From an uncultured Patescibacteria group bacterium (GTDB taxonomy: Bacteria; Patescibacteriota; JACMRA01): a stretch of DNA of 50,888 nucleotides. The number at the start of each line of letters is the position of its first letter. Positions within the stretch are counted from its first letter, which is position 1. Both the position numbers and the translations under genes were made by a program. Positions 35,706 to 43,845 of the stretch are shown piece after piece. The stretch is from assembly GCA_938017575.1 (NCBI GenBank), contig CALIJC010000004.1, forward strand, positions 1 to 50,888, in the 5' to 3' direction. A model generated the notes under the pieces. That model saw nothing but the letters and a program-made list of their open reading frames with translations. It ran no database searches and was not told the DNA's origin.

Positions 35706-37538
35706 ATGACTTACACAGCAGACAAAATCAGAAATATAGCTATAATCGCTCACGTTGACCACGGAAAAACAACTCTAGTCGACGGTCTAATCAGACAAAC
35801 TTTAGAAATCAGAAATGTGGAGTCTTTAGGGGATTTGATCATGGATAATATGGATCAGGAAAAAGAAAGAGGAATTACTATCAAAGCAAAAAATGCCTCT
35901 CTTTATTATAATGATACAAAAATTAATATCGTTGATACACCAGGTCACGCAGATTTTGGTGGAGAAGTTGAGCGAACTCTTAGAATGGTTGAGGGTGTTG
36001 TCTTATTAGTAGATGCCCAAGAAGGGCCAATGCCTCAGACAAAATTCGTATTAAAAAAAGCAATCGAACTAGGGCTTCGGGTAATTGTTTTGATTAACAA
36101 AGTTGATAAGCCAGCTGCAGATTGTCCTCGGACCCTTTCTAAAATTGAAGATTTATTCTTGGACCTTGGTGCAAATGATGAGCAGATGTTATTCCCAACA
36201 ATTTACGCTAGTGGAGTACAAGGAAAAGCCGGCCTCAAAGAAGGTGAGTTAAAAGAAAATCTTTTTGATCTACTTGAGGTTATAATTGACGAAGTTCCTC
36301 AGCCGACAGTTAACACAGAAGAAGGTGTTTCTAACCCTCTACAAATGTTAGTTCTAAGTTTGAATTATGACTCTTTCAAAGGAAAGATGGCTGTAGGTAG
36401 AATCTTTGGTGGAAAGCTCGAAAAGAATATGGCAATTGAAGGTATTCAAGAAAATGGTTCTATCAAAGGTAGGGTTTCTAGTTTGATGGTGTTTGATGGA
36501 TTAGGAGTAATGGAAGTAGAAAAAGCCGAAGCTGGAGAAATTGTCATGGTTGCCGGTCTTGAAGAAATCTCTATTGGAGATACAATTACAGTTAGTGAAT
36601 ATGGAAAAGCTTTGGAGAGGGTTAAAGTTGACGAACCTACAATTCAAATGACTTTTGGAGTAAACACTTCTCCTTTTGCTGGAAAAGAGGGACCAAAGGG
36701 AACTAGTAGACAAATTAGAGAAAGACTATACAAAGAATTAGAAACTAATGTTAGCTTGAGAGTTACTGATTCACCAGAATCTGCAGATAAATTTATAGTT
36801 TCGGGTAGGGGAGAACTTCATTTGTCAGTATTGATTGAATCTATGAGACGAGAAGGGTTTGAATTAGAAGTTTCCAAGCCTGAGGTTATTTTTAAAAACA
36901 TTGACGGTGTTGAAAGTGAACCATTTGAAGATATTGAAATTGATATTCCTCAAGAATACCAAGGTGTAGTCATGCAAGAACTTGGTAAAAGAGGTGCGGA
37001 TATTAAAGATATGGCACCAAATGAAGCTGGGACCGAATTCCATTTTGAGGCCAACATGCCAACTAGATCATTGATCGGATTAAAATCTCTATTAATTACT
37101 AACACCAAAGGAACAGTTATCATGAATAATGTGTTCGATGGCTACAAACCAAAAGTTAAAATTGATACTGAAACTAGTCATGGTTCGTTAGTTAGTACTG
37201 AAAAAGGTTCAACAATGGCATTCGCTTTGAATAATGCACAGTTACGTGGAACTTTATTTATTGGTGCTCAAGTAGAAGTATACGAAGGAATGGTTCTTGG
37301 ACAAGCAGCCAAAGATGAAGATTTAGAATTAAACCCATGTAAAGGAAAACAATTAACAAACATGAGGACCAAAGCTAGTGACGATGGAATTTCATTAACT
37401 CCTCCTAGAAAAATGACTTTAGAAACATCTCTAGAATATATTGATGATGATGAATTAGTAGAGGTTACTCCAGAAAATATTAGGATTAGAAAGAGATTCT
37501 TGAGCGCAGGGGAGAGAAAAAGACAGCAAAAGAAGTAA
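35706..37538 (+). CDS. typA: Translational GTPase TypA/BipA
   Basis: IRNIAIIAHVDHGKTTLVDGL, DTPGHADFGGEVER and NKVDK GTPase motifs. Full-length 610 aa with a C-terminal BipA-type domain. Confidence 0.95.
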   Translation: MTYTADKIRNIAIIAHVDHGKTTLVDGLIRQTLEIRNVESLGDLIMDNMDQEKERGITIKAKNASLYYNDTKINIVDTPGHADFGGEVERTLRMVEGVVLLVDAQEGPMPQTKFVLKKAIELGLRVIVLINKVDKPAADCPRTLSKIEDLFLDLGANDEQMLFPTIYASGVQGKAGLKEGELKENLFDLLEVIIDEVPQPTVNTEEGVSNPLQMLVLSLNYDSFKGKMAVGRIFGGKLEKNMAIEGIQENGSIKGRVSSLMVFDGLGVMEVEKAEAGEIVMVAGLEEISIGDTITVSEYGKALERVKVDEPTIQMTFGVNTSPFAGKEGPKGTSRQIRERLYKELETNVSLRVTDSPESADKFIVSGRGELHLSVLIESMRREGFELEVSKPEVIFKNIDGVESEPFEDIEIDIPQEYQGVVMQELGKRGADIKDMAPNEAGTEFHFEANMPTRSLIGLKSLLITNTKGTVIMNNVFDGYKPKVKIDTETSHGSLVSTEKGSTMAFALNNAQLRGTLFIGAQVEVYEGMVLGQAAKDEDLELNPCKGKQLTNMRTKASDDGISLTPPRKMTLETSLEYIDDDELVEVTPENIRIRKRFLSAGERKRQQKK

Positions 37539-37568
37539 TAAGTATTTATTAAATTAACATTAAGAATT

Positions 37569-37590
37569 CCAGGTTATGCCTGGTTTTTTT
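37569..37590 (+). terminator. Rho-independent terminator of typA
   Basis: Stem CCAGG / CCTGG, 5-nt loop, T7 run. Confidence 0.6.
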
Positions 37591-37638
37591 ATTAAAGTAA
37601 TATTGTCAAACTGGAGAACTTGTGAGATTATATAACTA

Positions 37639-38604
37639 ATGACTGAAAAAAGGAAGTTTTTAGGGTTTTATCCAAATAAAACAATCTGGGCTGGAAATGC
37701 CGCTAACATCAATGGTGATTGTTTGGAATTTCTACCTAAGTTGTTTTCTGAGATTGTTTACTCATTTTCTAGTGATTATTTTGAACTAAAAGTTTGTCGA
37801 GACGGGATGTTTTTAATTAGTTTGAAATTTGCTAATAGTAACGTTGGTATATATCTGGATTATATTAATGCATTTTATGTGACAATGGAATCAGTAATCA
37901 GTCAAAATACTTTTCAAAAATATTTCTCATTACAAGAAATTACCATTGAGGATTATATTTATCATGAGTTTATCGGGGATAAGGTTATTGTAACTAGGAC
38001 CGATAATTTAAATATACAAACCAACTATCAGTATAAATCACGGCAGTTGAGTGGATATATTCCAGTTGATTTCAATAAGATAGACATTAGAAATAACAAA
38101 TTTTGGCGAGATCTACTAATTCATACAATCAATAATGATGATAGAAACAAGGGTCGATGGGACAGGATAGTTTCAGTTGAACAGTTAGAGTTAGTAGCTA
38201 GGACCTTTGAGAGGATTTGTCAGAGCTGGGAGCATGTGAACCTATTATCGAAACTGGTTAGGGTGGTTCAAGAAATAAATCTAGGTAATTATACTTACGC
38301 AATTAGTTATAGTTGGCTTATAATCGAGATTTACTTAGATAAACTTTATTATACGAATAATCAATTAGGAGATAAAAATGATGGTCAGCCTATTTCATCA
38401 AGAGATTTAATTAATGGTCTTAGGGATAGGAAAGTCTTACCTAGAGAACTTGCAAATGAAATACATCAATTGAGAATTACTCGTAATGGAATAATTCATA
38501 AACAACAAGAAAAGGCTAGTTTTGATCAGGCAGCATTAGCGGTTGAAATAATTAGAGAATTTATTAGGAAAGATATTGCAGTAGATATTAAATTATTATT
38601 TTAG
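37639..38604 (+). CDS. Protein with an unknown N-terminal domain and a C-terminal HEPN-type domain (RxxxxH RNase motif)
   Basis: The C-terminal roughly 110 residues read YAISYSWLIIEIYLDKLY ... LPRELANEIHQLRITRNGIIHKQQEKASFDQAALAVEIIREFI. R-N-G-I-I-H (38482..38499) fits the HEPN R-[NHD]-x3-H signature in its usual helix context. Confidence 0.7.
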   Translation: MTEKRKFLGFYPNKTIWAGNAANINGDCLEFLPKLFSEIVYSFSSDYFELKVCRDGMFLISLKFANSNVGIYLDYINAFYVTMESVISQNTFQKYFSLQEITIEDYIYHEFIGDKVIVTRTDNLNIQTNYQYKSRQLSGYIPVDFNKIDIRNNKFWRDLLIHTINNDDRNKGRWDRIVSVEQLELVARTFERICQSWEHVNLLSKLVRVVQEINLGNYTYAISYSWLIIEIYLDKLYYTNNQLGDKNDGQPISSRDLINGLRDRKVLPRELANEIHQLRITRNGIIHKQQEKASFDQAALAVEIIREFIRKDIAVDIKLLF

Positions 38605-38624
38605 AAAGAGGAATATTCATATTT

Positions 38625-39701
38625 ATGAAAGTAATCATTATTGGAGCTGGAATTGCAGGAATTAGCGCAGCTCATTTGCTTGAAGAGCGAGGTGTTGAAT
38701 ATAGGCTTATAGAAGCATCTGCAAACTATGGAGGTAGAATCAAGAAAACTGATATGTTCGAAGATTTCCCGATAGATTTAGGAGCTGAATGGATTCATAG
38801 AATAATTATGGCTAGACCAAAACTAATGGAGGAATTATTATCTGGAAATTCTAAAACTTTCAAAACTTTACCTGATAGCCCTAAATCAATATACGGATGG
38901 AAATTTAATAGGCTTTGGAATATTAGTTTTATAAATAAACTCTTTAGCTTTGGAGATCATAAATTTGTTTCTTCGTCGTGGTATGACTATATTAGCACAA
39001 TCTATACAGAAACTATTAAATCTAAAGCAATCTATAATTCTCCTGTAAAATTTATTCGGTACGACACGGATAAAGTAAAAGTAAGTTGTACTGATAATCA
39101 AGAATTTGAAGCAGATAAAGTAATTATCACAGTACCAATTAAAATATTGCAAGGAGATTCTATTACCTTTGTACCGGCTATTCCTACAAGCCAACGAAAA
39201 GAAATACAGAAAGAAACGATGAGAGGTGGGATTAAAGTATTTATTGAATTTTCTAACAAATTCTACCCTGATTTACTGTTTACTAAATCCCTATTAACAT
39301 TTTTCGTTAATGGTGAACATATTTATTATAATGCAACTTTGAATAAAAATACGGATAAAAATGTTTTGGGGTTGTTTGTTGAAGGAAAGAGATCTGAGGA
39401 ATATACCTTGCTATCTGATGAAGAAGTTCTTGCAAAGTTGCTTAATGATTTAGATAAGGTTTTTGACGGGCAGGCATCTAAATATTATATGAGACATATT
39501 GTTCAAAACTGGACAAATGAGACCTATATTCGAGGTGCTTATTCCCATTTGAAAGGGAATCCAAAGAAGATGGGTGCTCCAATAGATAATAAGATATTCT
39601 TTGCAGGTGAGGCAATGAATAAACACAGACATCCAATTGCGGTGCATTCAGCATGCGAATCAGCTTATACAGCGATTGATGAAATTTTTAATGGAATATA
39701 G
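38625..39701 (+). CDS. FAD-dependent amine oxidase family protein (flavin/polyamine oxidase-like)
   Basis: MKVIIIGAGIAGISAAHLLEERGVEYRLIEASANYGGRI is a GxGxxG plus E ... GGR dinucleotide fold. C-terminal FFAGEA is typical of PF01593 members. Confidence 0.8.
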   Translation: MKVIIIGAGIAGISAAHLLEERGVEYRLIEASANYGGRIKKTDMFEDFPIDLGAEWIHRIIMARPKLMEELLSGNSKTFKTLPDSPKSIYGWKFNRLWNISFINKLFSFGDHKFVSSSWYDYISTIYTETIKSKAIYNSPVKFIRYDTDKVKVSCTDNQEFEADKVIITVPIKILQGDSITFVPAIPTSQRKEIQKETMRGGIKVFIEFSNKFYPDLLFTKSLLTFFVNGEHIYYNATLNKNTDKNVLGLFVEGKRSEEYTLLSDEEVLAKLLNDLDKVFDGQASKYYMRHIVQNWTNETYIRGAYSHLKGNPKKMGAPIDNKIFFAGEAMNKHRHPIAVHSACESAYTAIDEIFNGI

Positions 39702-39747
39702 ATGTATTATTTGATCTATTTTATAAACAATGCTAGTATAGTACTAT

Positions 39748-40214
39748 ATGTCAAAATTATTAGATAACCAGGAAAAGATACTTATCTGGGAGAATGAGAA
39801 TATTTTAGTCACAACCAGATTGATTCCACACATTAGTAAACATGATGGAGGTCATATTTTGTCTCACCAAAAAATAGCGTTTCTGAGATTTATGAACTGG
39901 AGTAAGGTTTATTAATAGAGTTGGTGAAAGTTGTTGCTATAGGAACTAAGGCTTTGAAAGAAGTTCTTGGAAAACAAGGTATAGAGATTCCTTATACTAA
40001 TAATCAGGATAATGGGAATTGGGCAACCTTGAGAAACCAGCCTAAATCATTGCATATTCATATTTATGGAAGAGCAAAGAATAGTATCAAACAAGTTTTT
40101 GGACAGGCTATATATGCACCAGATCCTAATTCAACCTTTTACGATAATAATGAACCTCTTAGCCCTCAAGACATTTTAGATATACAAAAGTATATTGATG
40201 AGCATATTCAATAA
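39748..40214 (+). pseudogene. HIT-like (histidine-triad-like) gene disrupted by a 1-nt frameshift (near 39862) and an in-frame TAA (39903..39905)
   Basis: Frame A from 39748 reads MSKLLDNQEKILIWENENILVTTRLIPHISKHDGGHIL. Frame +2 continues SPKNSVSEIYELE-TAA-GLLIELVKVVAIG ... NGNWATLRNQPKSLHIHIYGR. Restoring one nt after TTG 39859..39861 gives GHILxSPK, with x most likely hydrophobic, as in the HIT consensus. Confidence 0.6.
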
Positions 40215-40284
40215 ATAACCATCTTGACCGTATTTGGTTTGTAGCATATTTCTAGATAACTCATTCTACGAGGGATTAAATATT

Positions 40285-40800
40285 GTGGATATTACTGGAT
40301 TAACAGAAGAACAGTGTGAGAGTCTTGAGAGACATTATAGATTAGAAGTTGAAGGTTTTGGTATTAAAAAAGGCTGGGTTGACCCATCTATTACTTCAGC
40401 TGGATGCATAGAAGAAATTCTTCATGAGAGGCAGGATTTTATTTATTATGACTCTGGACAAATTATCCAGCTACAGGGGTTGGTAACTGAACAGGCTCTC
40501 AATTATCTATTTGATATATGTAAAAATAAGTACTACCTATATCTATTCCTTAGAGAAATCTATCGTGAATTTTCAGACTCCTATCCAAAAGTAGCTATTA
40601 ACCTGGATAGAATAAAACATATCCATGTTGGAATTAAGGAGAAGAATCAATTAGTTGGGTCTGGATTGGAAACTGGTAATGATGCATACCATTATATTCA
40701 CCATTTCAGCGAAGGGTTTTATTTGGTAAATACAATAGATAAGACAGTTTGGACGAATCCATTTTATTTGCCAGAATTTAAAGAGGTGACTATCAATTAG
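40285..40800 (+). CDS. Unknown-family paralog 5 (distal copy of the 25.5-28.3 kb family)
   Basis: Motifs CKNKYYLY and VWTNPFYLP. GTG 40285 is preceded by GAGGGATTAAATATT, resembling the initiation region of paralog 1. The track start is TTG 40234. Confidence 0.6.
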   Translation: MDITGLTEEQCESLERHYRLEVEGFGIKKGWVDPSITSAGCIEEILHERQDFIYYDSGQIIQLQGLVTEQALNYLFDICKNKYYLYLFLREIYREFSDSYPKVAINLDRIKHIHVGIKEKNQLVGSGLETGNDAYHYIHHFSEGFYLVNTIDKTVWTNPFYLPEFKEVTIN

Positions 40801-40821
40801 TCAGATTCAATGAGAATTGAA

Positions 40822-40858
40822 AGTAGGTGCTTGTAAACTCGGTACCTACTATATTTTA
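40822..40858 (+). terminator. Rho-independent terminator
   Basis: 9-bp stem AGTAGGTGC / GGTACCTACT (one G-U pair), 11-nt loop, then ATATTTTA. Confidence 0.5.
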
Positions 40859-40899
40859 GGGTATTAATATAACTAAAAAAACGAAGTCAGAAGTATGTT

Positions 40900-41847
40900 T
40901 TAGAATAAATGTTTTGGGTTTAACCTAATTTGTAGGTTCTGCCTTTTTGTCTCGTTTATCAAATCTCTTTTTAATTGGAAAAATTTAGGGTATTGTTTGG
41001 GGTATTTAATCAGAAAATGATATGAATAATAGTTTTTTCTACGTAAAAATCTGGCCGGATAAGGTGATGAAATGGTAATATCTGGGTATTTTTCTTTTTG
41101 ATTTTTTGAAATAATATTTTTAGTTCCATTTATCAAATCCCAGGCTTTATCTTTATTTTTCTCTTGGACTGTTATTAATATTAGATTATTAAATGGTGGG
41201 AATTTGTATTGTTTTCTGATCTCAGATTCTTGCTTGAGGAATTTTATAAACCAATCAAGGAGGTCTTTTTTACCCATGTTTGATAGTTTTGAAAGATCTG
41301 TAAATAGCTCTGATTCAGGTGAACTAGTATCGAAAATTACCTGAGTTTTATCACTACAATCCAGCAATACCTCTGTTAATTGTTTGGTTGTGTCTTCTTG
41401 AACTAGATAATCAGGACTAGATAATAAGTTCTCGCTAGAGACAAAAATCACCTTGGAGAAATCACTATAATTTATAGATGGATCATAAATCCTGGTTGTG
41501 ACAAAAATGGATTCATTAATATATTTACTATATAAGAACTTTTTATTATCTAGTCTGATTACTTTTTGATTTACCTCTTGTTCGATTATTTCTGATAAAC
41601 GATCTATCCCTTCTAATACAGAAGAAAAATCTTCTTGGCCACAATTTTGGCAATTTACAGGATAACTATAATAACTTTGACATTGATGACAAACTAGTTC
41701 CAAATTCTTTTCCCATTTTTTGTAGGTCACTAAATTGCTATCACAATTTTTACATTGATATGTATATTTGCAGTTGTTACATTTTGTTAAAAGATACAAT
41801 CCTTTGCGTGGATAGATAAATAGGATTTTTGGTTTGTTATTTTTCAT
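40900..41847 (-). CDS. priA: Primosomal protein N-prime (PriA)-like, C-terminal half (Cys-rich region plus C-terminal domain)
   Basis: ILFIYPRKGLYLLTKCNNCKYTYQCKNCDSNLVTYKK ... LVCHQCQSYYSYPVNCQNCG reproduces the PriA NRRGY block and the four CxxC pairs. Confidence 0.75.
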   Translation of the reverse strand: MKNNKPKILFIYPRKGLYLLTKCNNCKYTYQCKNCDSNLVTYKKWEKNLELVCHQCQSYYSYPVNCQNCGQEDFSSVLEGIDRLSEIIEQEVNQKVIRLDNKKFLYSKYINESIFVTTRIYDPSINYSDFSKVIFVSSENLLSSPDYLVQEDTTKQLTEVLLDCSDKTQVIFDTSSPESELFTDLSKLSNMGKKDLLDWFIKFLKQESEIRKQYKFPPFNNLILITVQEKNKDKAWDLINGTKNIISKNQKEKYPDITISSPYPARFLRRKNYYSYHFLIKYPKQYPKFFQLKRDLINETKRQNLQIRLNPKHLF

Positions 41848-41855
41848 TGATTTAC

Positions 41856-42974
41856 TTATTCGTTTGTAAAAATTTCGTTAATATCTTCTTGGTCGTTCAA
41901 AATATCCAAAATTTGGTTAGAAATCACCTTAAATTTGTCATTTTTGAAGTTCTTCTCATATATTTTGATTCTGGGGAGCTTTTTATTATTTTGGCTATAG
42001 TTCGTCGATATTTTATTCAAAACACTCTCAGAATAGAAATTTGAAAGGCGAATTGAGGGTAGGGTGCTAATAAAGTCTAAATCACAGTTAAATGACTTTG
42101 AAAGAAGAAAACAGGCGTCTCGAGTATCATAATATAAAGAATTCTGTTCTTGGATATAAAATGAATTAGATTCGTCAACTAGTATGATTTTGTTAATTGA
42201 GCTAAAAGGTAAAAATATTCCTGCTTTGGTTGATAGAATTATATTAATTCGTTGTTTAGAATCTTGGTTCGTATAACTAAAATAGGGTGATGTCTTTATT
42301 ATATTAATAATGGTTTCTTGGTCACTTTTTCTCCTTTCAGCTTTATATTTATATATATTAATTAGGTTAGCGTCTGTAGATAGATTAGGGAAGGTAAAAT
42401 TTTCTTTATTTTGAGTAAAATTGTCCAAAATCTTTTTTTCAGGAAAAACCACCAAAATGTTAATATCCTGTAGTGGGCTTTTATAAGATAGCTTTAAATA
42501 GCTCGAAATACTTATTCGTATAATATTTCTTATACGAATAAGAAGCTCTGAATCCAAAATAAACTCTAAGTTTGGTGGTCTTTTGTCACCACCCTGTTTA
42601 TTTTCAATGTCGGTAATATTTTGACCTTCATAAATCGATTCTGAGAGGTTTTTAGTATTCTTTTGATTAATTACCTTGATGGGATTCACTACTGATTCAA
42701 ATAATATATTTGGGCTATTAAATGTATTATTAGCCATATTCTTGATAAAATCCATTTGATTACTGGATAGGATATAAGGAAAAGTCCCAGAAACAGGTTT
42801 TATATTGGATAAATCTCCTTTTAGTGTATTATTTTGAGATATAACAACGCCAAAAACTTCTGTATTCCTGATATTTATCAGTACTATCTGCCCAGGTATA
42901 AAATCTTTATCTGATTTATAAGTTAATGTATCGATTGGGAGTTTTTTTTCTGGTAGTATCTGATAATAGTTCAT
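41856..42974 (-). CDS. priA: PriA-like, N-terminal half (3-prime-DNA-binding region and helicase lobe 1 remnant lacking Walker A)
   Basis: MNYYQILPEKKLPIDTLTYKSDKDFIPGQIVLINIRNTEVFGVV has a PriA-type N-terminus. NILVVFPEKKIL, IILVDESNSFYIQEQ (DExH-like) and DFISTLPS are colinear with PriA. No GxGKT motif is present. It ends 8 nt before the next ORF, in a different frame. Confidence 0.7.
   Translation of the reverse strand: MNYYQILPEKKLPIDTLTYKSDKDFIPGQIVLINIRNTEVFGVVISQNNTLKGDLSNIKPVSGTFPYILSSNQMDFIKNMANNTFNSPNILFESVVNPIKVINQKNTKNLSESIYEGQNITDIENKQGGDKRPPNLEFILDSELLIRIRNIIRISISSYLKLSYKSPLQDINILVVFPEKKILDNFTQNKENFTFPNLSTDANLINIYKYKAERRKSDQETIINIIKTSPYFSYTNQDSKQRINIILSTKAGIFLPFSSINKIILVDESNSFYIQEQNSLYYDTRDACFLLSKSFNCDLDFISTLPSIRLSNFYSESVLNKISTNYSQNNKKLPRIKIYEKNFKNDKFKVISNQILDILNDQEDINEIFTNE
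42511..42542. repeat. Perfect 13-6-13 inverted repeat inside the priA N-terminal ORF
   Basis: CTTATTCGTATAA-TATTTC-TTATACGAATAAG. Both arms contain the TTATACGAA core. It encodes LIRIRNIIRIS. Confidence 0.9.
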
Positions 42975-43079
42975 TATAAATGATTGATTAAATAGTTTGC
43001 TTTGTTCGAATCTAGAAGATTCTTACTTTGTGTAAAACGCCATCAATATGACGTTTTACTTATACGAACCAAGTCTTGG

Positions 43080-43805
43080 TTACTCTCCTTTCCATACTCC
43101 GTATGCTATAAAACTGAGATTTCGCTCAGAAATAACACTAGAATCTAATTGCCTTATAGTTCCACTAGCAGCGTTTCGAGGATTGGAGAATTTTGCTTCT
43201 TCACCTGTTTTACCCCCCTTACCTGTAATCTCTCCTTTGGCAATTCTTTGATTCATTTTTTCAAAATTATCCTTAGTAAAGAAAACCTCACCTCTTATTT
43301 CTAATTTTTCATTAAAAGAAATTTTTGTGGGTATACTTTTGATTTGTAGGGCATTTTTAGTTACAAGTTCGCCAATTCTACTATCTCCACGCGTAATGGC
43401 TGAAATTAGCTCTCCGTTGTTATAATGTAAACTAAGTGCCAATCCATCAATTTTAGGCTCGCAAATGTAATCCTTGTGACCCGAATAATCAATATTAGAT
43501 TTTTCACTGTGATTTTTCCACCGATCTTCCCAATCTGATAGCTCATCAATATTAAAAATATCATTTAATGAAAGCATCCTTCTTTTGTGACTAGCTTTTT
43601 CGAACTTTTCTAGAACGCCACCAGCAATTGTATAATTTGGACTATTAGGACTAATTTCTTTTGGATGTTCATTTTCCCAGATTGTAATTTTGTGTTTCAA
43701 ATCGTCGAGGGCGGCTTCACCAATTTCGTCATTATTAAAAATATGAATTTCATTACGCAATCTGTTGACTTCAGAAACCATCTGAAGATACTCTTTTTTA
43801 TTCAT
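43080..43805 (-). CDS. ligA: NAD-dependent DNA ligase LigA, N-terminal fragment only (241 aa; domain Ia and part of the adenylation domain)
   Basis: YICEPKIDGLALSL (KxDG motif I), LEIRGEVFF (motif III) and FSNPRNAASGTIRQLD. The ORF stops after FIAYGVWKGE. Motifs IV-V and the OB, Zn, HhH and BRCT regions are absent, and priA starts 105 nt downstream. Confidence 0.8.
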   Translation of the reverse strand: MNKKEYLQMVSEVNRLRNEIHIFNNDEIGEAALDDLKHKITIWENEHPKEISPNSPNYTIAGGVLEKFEKASHKRRMLSLNDIFNIDELSDWEDRWKNHSEKSNIDYSGHKDYICEPKIDGLALSLHYNNGELISAITRGDSRIGELVTKNALQIKSIPTKISFNEKLEIRGEVFFTKDNFEKMNQRIAKGEITGKGGKTGEEAKFSNPRNAASGTIRQLDSSVISERNLSFIAYGVWKGE

Positions 43806-43845
43806 AATATTTTTTATTCATAATATTTTTTATTAATAATTTAAT

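Noticed and set aside
31832-40214. A link between the odd tRNA (possible UUA-containing loop) and the in-frame TAA or TAG codons in the HIT-like and hydrolase genes
   Set aside because: The HIT-like gene also needs a frameshift, the hydrolase stop is TAG rather than TAA, and TAA terminates many normal genes here. Suppression is not supported.
43048-43251. Plus-strand 67-aa ORF
   Set aside because: It lies antisense to the ligA fragment and the intergenic hairpin, with no signals of its own.
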